The notes below the pieces were generated by a model. The model worked only from the letters and a program-made list of their open reading frames with translations, ran no database searches and was not told the origin of the DNA. DNA of 23,205 bases from sequence record DRR378314_402; one strand, given 5' to 3'. The position numbers were made by a program, and so were the translations under genes. Numbering within the stretch: the stretch's first letter is position 1; each line of letters opens with the position of its first letter. Shown here one piece after another: positions 18,246-23,205 of the stretch.

Positions 18246-19535
18246 TTGTTCGATAGGTATGAAGGTGGCGACTACGCAATATTGGTTCATGTGGATTTAC
18301 CCGCGGAAGTTGACCGAGAAGATCTCTCCGAATTACAACTTTTAGCTGATTCTTCGGGCGTGAAAACTATGGGAGTGATGACTACAAGTCGTAACTCCCC
18401 AACCCCCAGATACTTTGTTGGTAGTGGTAAGGCAGAAGAAATTGCCGAGCAGGTAAAGCTGCTGGACGCTAACATTGTTATCTTTAATCACGCGTTATCA
18501 CCAACGCAAGAGCGAAATCTGGAAGCCATTTGCAAATGTCGGGTGTTAGATCGTACGGGTCTTATTCTAGATATTTTTGCGCAGCGGGCACGAACCCACG
18601 AAGGTAAGTTGCAGGTTGAATTAGCGCAACTGCGTCATATATCGACACGACTGGTGCGAGGCTGGACTCACCTTGAGAGACAAAAAGGTGGTATTGGTTT
18701 ACGTGGGCCAGGTGAAACCCAGCTTGAGACCGACAGACGCTTAATTCGCGGACGTATTAAAAATATTTTAAAGCGCCTGGAGAAAGTCCAGAAACAGCGG
18801 GAGCAGGGGCGTCGGGCTCGTAAAAAGGCGGATATTCCTACCGTATCGCTGGTGGGTTATACCAACGCAGGTAAATCGACGCTATTTAATCGCCTGACTG
18901 AAGCCGGCGTTTATGCCGCGGATCAGCTATTCGCAACACTTGACCCAACCCTTAGAAAACTTGCAGTAGAAGATATTGGTGAAGTGATTCTGGCTGACAC
19001 CGTTGGTTTTATTCGTCACTTACCTCATGACCTGGTCGCAGCTTTTAAAGCGACGCTTCAGGAAACTCAAGAGGCCGATTTATTGTTACATGTGGTTGAT
19101 GTCAGCGACGAACAGCAGCAAAATAATATTGATCAGGTTGCTGAGGTTTTGGAAGAAATTGATGCTGGCGATGTACCACAGTTAATTATTTGTAATAAAA
19201 TAGATCAAGTGGAAGGGTCAGAGCCCCGGATTGATTACGATGACAATCAAAGGCCAATAAGGGTCTGGGTTTCAGCGCAGCAAGACCTTGGCATTGAGGA
19301 AGTACTGGAGGCTTTACGGCAGATACTTGGCCCGCAGATGGTCGAGCTGACTCTGAAAATCCCCCACTCAATGGGTAAATTACGTGGTACATTATACCGT
19401 TGGAATAGCGTGACATCGGAAGATGTTAACGAAAATGGTGAACTTGCGTTGCAAGTGCGCATGTCATCGGTAGACTGGCAGCGTTTACACAAGGCTTATG
19501 GCGACCAACTGGACGACTTAGTCGTGCAGCAATAG
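18246..19535 (+). CDS. hflX: Ribosome-splitting GTPase HflX
   Basis: LILDIFAQRARTHEGKLQVELAQL, GPGETQLETDRR, G1 GYTNAGKST, LFATLDPT, G3 DTVG and G4 NKID. TTG start with GAGG RBS. Confidence 0.97.
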   Translation: MFDRYEGGDYAILVHVDLPAEVDREDLSELQLLADSSGVKTMGVMTTSRNSPTPRYFVGSGKAEEIAEQVKLLDANIVIFNHALSPTQERNLEAICKCRVLDRTGLILDIFAQRARTHEGKLQVELAQLRHISTRLVRGWTHLERQKGGIGLRGPGETQLETDRRLIRGRIKNILKRLEKVQKQREQGRRARKKADIPTVSLVGYTNAGKSTLFNRLTEAGVYAADQLFATLDPTLRKLAVEDIGEVILADTVGFIRHLPHDLVAAFKATLQETQEADLLLHVVDVSDEQQQNNIDQVAEVLEEIDAGDVPQLIICNKIDQVEGSEPRIDYDDNQRPIRVWVSAQQDLGIEEVLEALRQILGPQMVELTLKIPHSMGKLRGTLYRWNSVTSEDVNENGELALQVRMSSVDWQRLHKAYGDQLDDLVVQQ

Positions 19536-19579
19536 AATTTTTTATAGCAACAGTTTTCTTAAAAAACTTGGAGCACTCA

Positions 19580-20734
19580 ATGGCTTGGAATCAACCGGGA
19601 AACGGTAATAACAATGACCGTGACCCATGGAAAAATCAAGGCGGCAAAGATCAAGGGCCGCCTGATCTCGACGAAGCAGTTCGCAAACTGTTTTCCAAAT
19701 TCGGTTTTGGTGGGAAAAAAGGCGGCGGCTCGGGCGGCAGTTCAGGTATCCCGGCAAAAGGCGTCGGCATTATCGCAATTATTGCGATAATTGTTTGGTT
19801 TATCGCTGGTTTTTATACGGTTAAAGAAGCAGACCGTGGTGTTGTGCTGCGTTTCGGTCAGTTTCATACCCTGGTTGAGTCGGGACTTCACTGGCGCCCC
19901 GTGTTTATTGATTCGGTAGAACATGTAGACGTAAACAACATCCGCTCAGATAAAACTGATGGCTACATGCTGACTCAGGATGAGAACGTGGTTCGTGTGG
20001 AGCTGGATGTTCAGTATCGCGTTGTTGATCCGCGTGCGTATTTATTTAACGTAGAAAATGCTGATGGTGTTTTATCACGAGCTACTGACAGTGCCTTACG
20101 TTTTGTGGTGGGTCACACAACCATGGATGAAGTGCTGACTCGTGGTCGTGAGGAAGTCAGAGCGAATACTCTGGATATGCTCGAAAAAACAATGAATCCA
20201 TACACGGTTGGTTTGCAGGTAGTTGATATTAACTTGCTGCCAGCACGGCCACCGGAGGCGGTTAAAGACGCCTTTGATGATGCTATATCGGCTCAGGAAG
20301 ATGAAGAGCGCTTCATTAGAGAAGCTGAAGCTTATGCCCGCGAAGTAGAACCCTTGGCACGAGGCCAGGTACGTCGTATGTTGCAGGAAGCGCAAGCTTA
20401 TCGTGAGCAAATTATTCTTGAGGCTCAGGGTGAAGTTGCTCGCTTTGAAGAGTTGCTGCCTCAATATCAAAACGCACCTGAAGTCACACGTCAGCGTATT
20501 TATCTTGATACTTTGCAGGAGCTTTATGCGAAAACGCCTAAGGTACTGGTTGACGTTGAAGGTGGTAACAACATGATGTACTTACCACTAGAAAAACTTC
20601 TCGAAAAGCAAGGTCGTAATACAAATTCATTCTCTCCGACGCGTATTCCTGAAGATGTTTCAGGTGGTTCCTCAAGTACTGGAACAGAGACACAAAATAC
20701 GCGCAGCAGTAACCGCAGCGGAGGTCGAAACTAA
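19580..20734 (+). CDS. hflK: FtsH protease modulator HflK
   Basis: MAWNQPG...DPW...QGPPDLDE, Gly-rich linker, TM helix, and SPFH domain (MLTQDEN.V, PPE.VK.AFDDAI.A.ED). ATG 19580 follows GGAG. Confidence 0.96.
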   Translation: MAWNQPGNGNNNDRDPWKNQGGKDQGPPDLDEAVRKLFSKFGFGGKKGGGSGGSSGIPAKGVGIIAIIAIIVWFIAGFYTVKEADRGVVLRFGQFHTLVESGLHWRPVFIDSVEHVDVNNIRSDKTDGYMLTQDENVVRVELDVQYRVVDPRAYLFNVENADGVLSRATDSALRFVVGHTTMDEVLTRGREEVRANTLDMLEKTMNPYTVGLQVVDINLLPARPPEAVKDAFDDAISAQEDEERFIREAEAYAREVEPLARGQVRRMLQEAQAYREQIILEAQGEVARFEELLPQYQNAPEVTRQRIYLDTLQELYAKTPKVLVDVEGGNNMMYLPLEKLLEKQGRNTNSFSPTRIPEDVSGGSSSTGTETQNTRSSNRSGGRN

Positions 20735-21627
20735 TGAAAAACCTAATCGCAATAATTGTTGTGGTCCTGGTCGTTCTGGGTCTTTCCTCCGTTTATGTAG
20801 TTAAGGAAGGCGAACGCGCCATCTTAATTCAGTTCGGTAAGGTCGAGCGTAATGCAGAAACTGGTGAAGCTATGGTTTTCGAACCTGGTTTACACTTTAA
20901 AATCCCTTTCATTGAACAAGTGAAAAGACTGGATGCCCGCCTGCAAACATTAGACGGAGATCCTGACCGCTTTGTCACCAGTGAGAAAAAGGATTTGATT
21001 GTTGATACCTACGTTATGTGGCGTATTAATGACTTCTCTACTTTCTACCTGAGTACTAATGGCGGTAACTACCTCCAGGCTGAAGCTCTGTTAACTCGTC
21101 GTATTAACAGCGGTTTGCGTAGTGAATTTGGTAACCGTACCATTTCTGACATTGTTTCCGGTGAGCGTGATGAGTTAATGCGTGAAGCGTTAATACAAGG
21201 TTCAGAAAGTGCTTCCGACTTAGGTGTTGAAGTGCTGGATGTCCGCGTTATGCAAATTAATTTACCGGATGAAGTCAGTCAATCTATTTACCAGCGTATG
21301 CGCGCTGAACGTCAGGCTGTTGCGACAGAACACCGTTCTGAAGGTCGCGAACAAGCTGAGTTTATCCGTGCCGATGTTGACGCGCGTGTAACGGTAATGC
21401 TTGCCGACGCCAAACGTCAATCACGCGAGTTACGTGGTGAGGGTGATGCACAGGCGGCGAAAATCTACGCTGATGCTTATCAGAAAGACGCCGAGTTCTT
21501 TGCCTTTATCCGTAGTATGGAAGCTTATGGTGAATCATTCGGTTCCGGCAATGACATGTTAGTGCTTGATGCAAACAGTGACTTTTTCCGTTATTTACAA
21601 AATATGATGGGAAAAACTGAAGAGTAA
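20734..21627 (+). CDS. hflC: FtsH protease modulator HflC
   Basis: N-terminal TM helix, PGLHFKIPFIE.V..LDAR.QT.D...DRFVT.EKKDLIVD, RMRAER and FF.F.RS..AY. TAATG coupling to hflK. Confidence 0.96.
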   Translation: MKNLIAIIVVVLVVLGLSSVYVVKEGERAILIQFGKVERNAETGEAMVFEPGLHFKIPFIEQVKRLDARLQTLDGDPDRFVTSEKKDLIVDTYVMWRINDFSTFYLSTNGGNYLQAEALLTRRINSGLRSEFGNRTISDIVSGERDELMREALIQGSESASDLGVEVLDVRVMQINLPDEVSQSIYQRMRAERQAVATEHRSEGREQAEFIRADVDARVTVMLADAKRQSRELRGEGDAQAAKIYADAYQKDAEFFAFIRSMEAYGESFGSGNDMLVLDANSDFFRYLQNMMGKTEE

Positions 21628-21634
21628 TCATGAA

Positions 21635-23028
<1,394 letters not shown>

Positions 23029-23056
23029 GAAAAAGTAGTGTATGTTACTAAAAGAC

Positions 23057-23091
23057 GGTCAGTTTTCATCCGATGTAGATAAAAACTGACC
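23057..23091. repeat. Inverted repeat after purA (hairpin and/or paired Fis-like sites)
   Basis: GGTCAGTTTTCATC-cgatgta-GATAAAAACTGACC, 13 of 14 positions paired, no following U-tract. Confidence 0.6.
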
Positions 23092-23100
23092 AGTCAGAAC

Positions 23101-23165
23101 AAAAAACTTAAAAAAATTACGCGCACCTATTGCACTATCAAATCTAGTACCATAGAATGCGCTCC
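23101..23165 (+). promoter_or_regulatory. Stable-RNA (stringently controlled) sigma70 promoter
   Basis: A-tracts (UP-element-like, 23101-23116), TTGCAC (23130-23135), 17-bp spacer, TAGAAT (23153-23158), and GC-rich discriminator GCGCTCC, directly upstream of a tRNA. Confidence 0.85.
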
Positions 23166-23179
23166 ACCTAACCGGTGGT

Positions 23180-23205
23180 GCCGGCATAGCTCAGTTGGTA
23201 GAGCA
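23180..23205 (+). tRNA. tRNA, 5' part only; probably tRNA-Thr(UGU), thrU-like
   Basis: GCCGGCA-TA-GCTC-AGTTGGTA-GAGC-A gives the acceptor 5' strand, U8-A9 and a complete D-arm. The anticodon lies outside the window, so the identity is inferred from resemblance to gammaproteobacterial tRNA-Thr(UGU) 5' ends. Confidence 0.85.

Noticed and set aside
19700..19765. GGC-rich repeat-like stretch in hflK
   Set aside because: It encodes the normal Gly/Ser-rich linker of HflK and is not an independent repeat element.

Overview
A compact, mostly core-genome stretch of a gammaproteobacterial chromosome. Gene content and protein style suggest a marine Alteromonadales member such as Idiomarina; this is an impression and was not searched. 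Left to right: a truncated NADP-dependent (PTGR/CurA-type) oxidoreductase divergent from a DUF4282-like membrane protein; a periplasmic-sensor/PAS/GGDEF/EAL protein followed by a minimal K+-channel-like gene; ompR-envZ; sthA; nudE-cysQ; yheU-yheS (minus strand); then yheV-nnr-tsaE-amiB-mutL-miaA-hfq-hflX-hflK-hflC-purA; and finally a stable-RNA promoter with the first 26 nt of a tRNA (probably Thr-UGU). I found no mobile elements, CRISPR arrays, defence systems or pseudogenes, and no convincing novel biological system. The best second-look items are the c-di-GMP enzyme/K+-channel gene pair, several regulatory motifs (perfect CRP site plus palindrome, OmpR-like tandem box, Fis-like sites, bidirectional yheS/yheV promoter with a possible uORF), and synteny rearrangements relative to E. 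coli.
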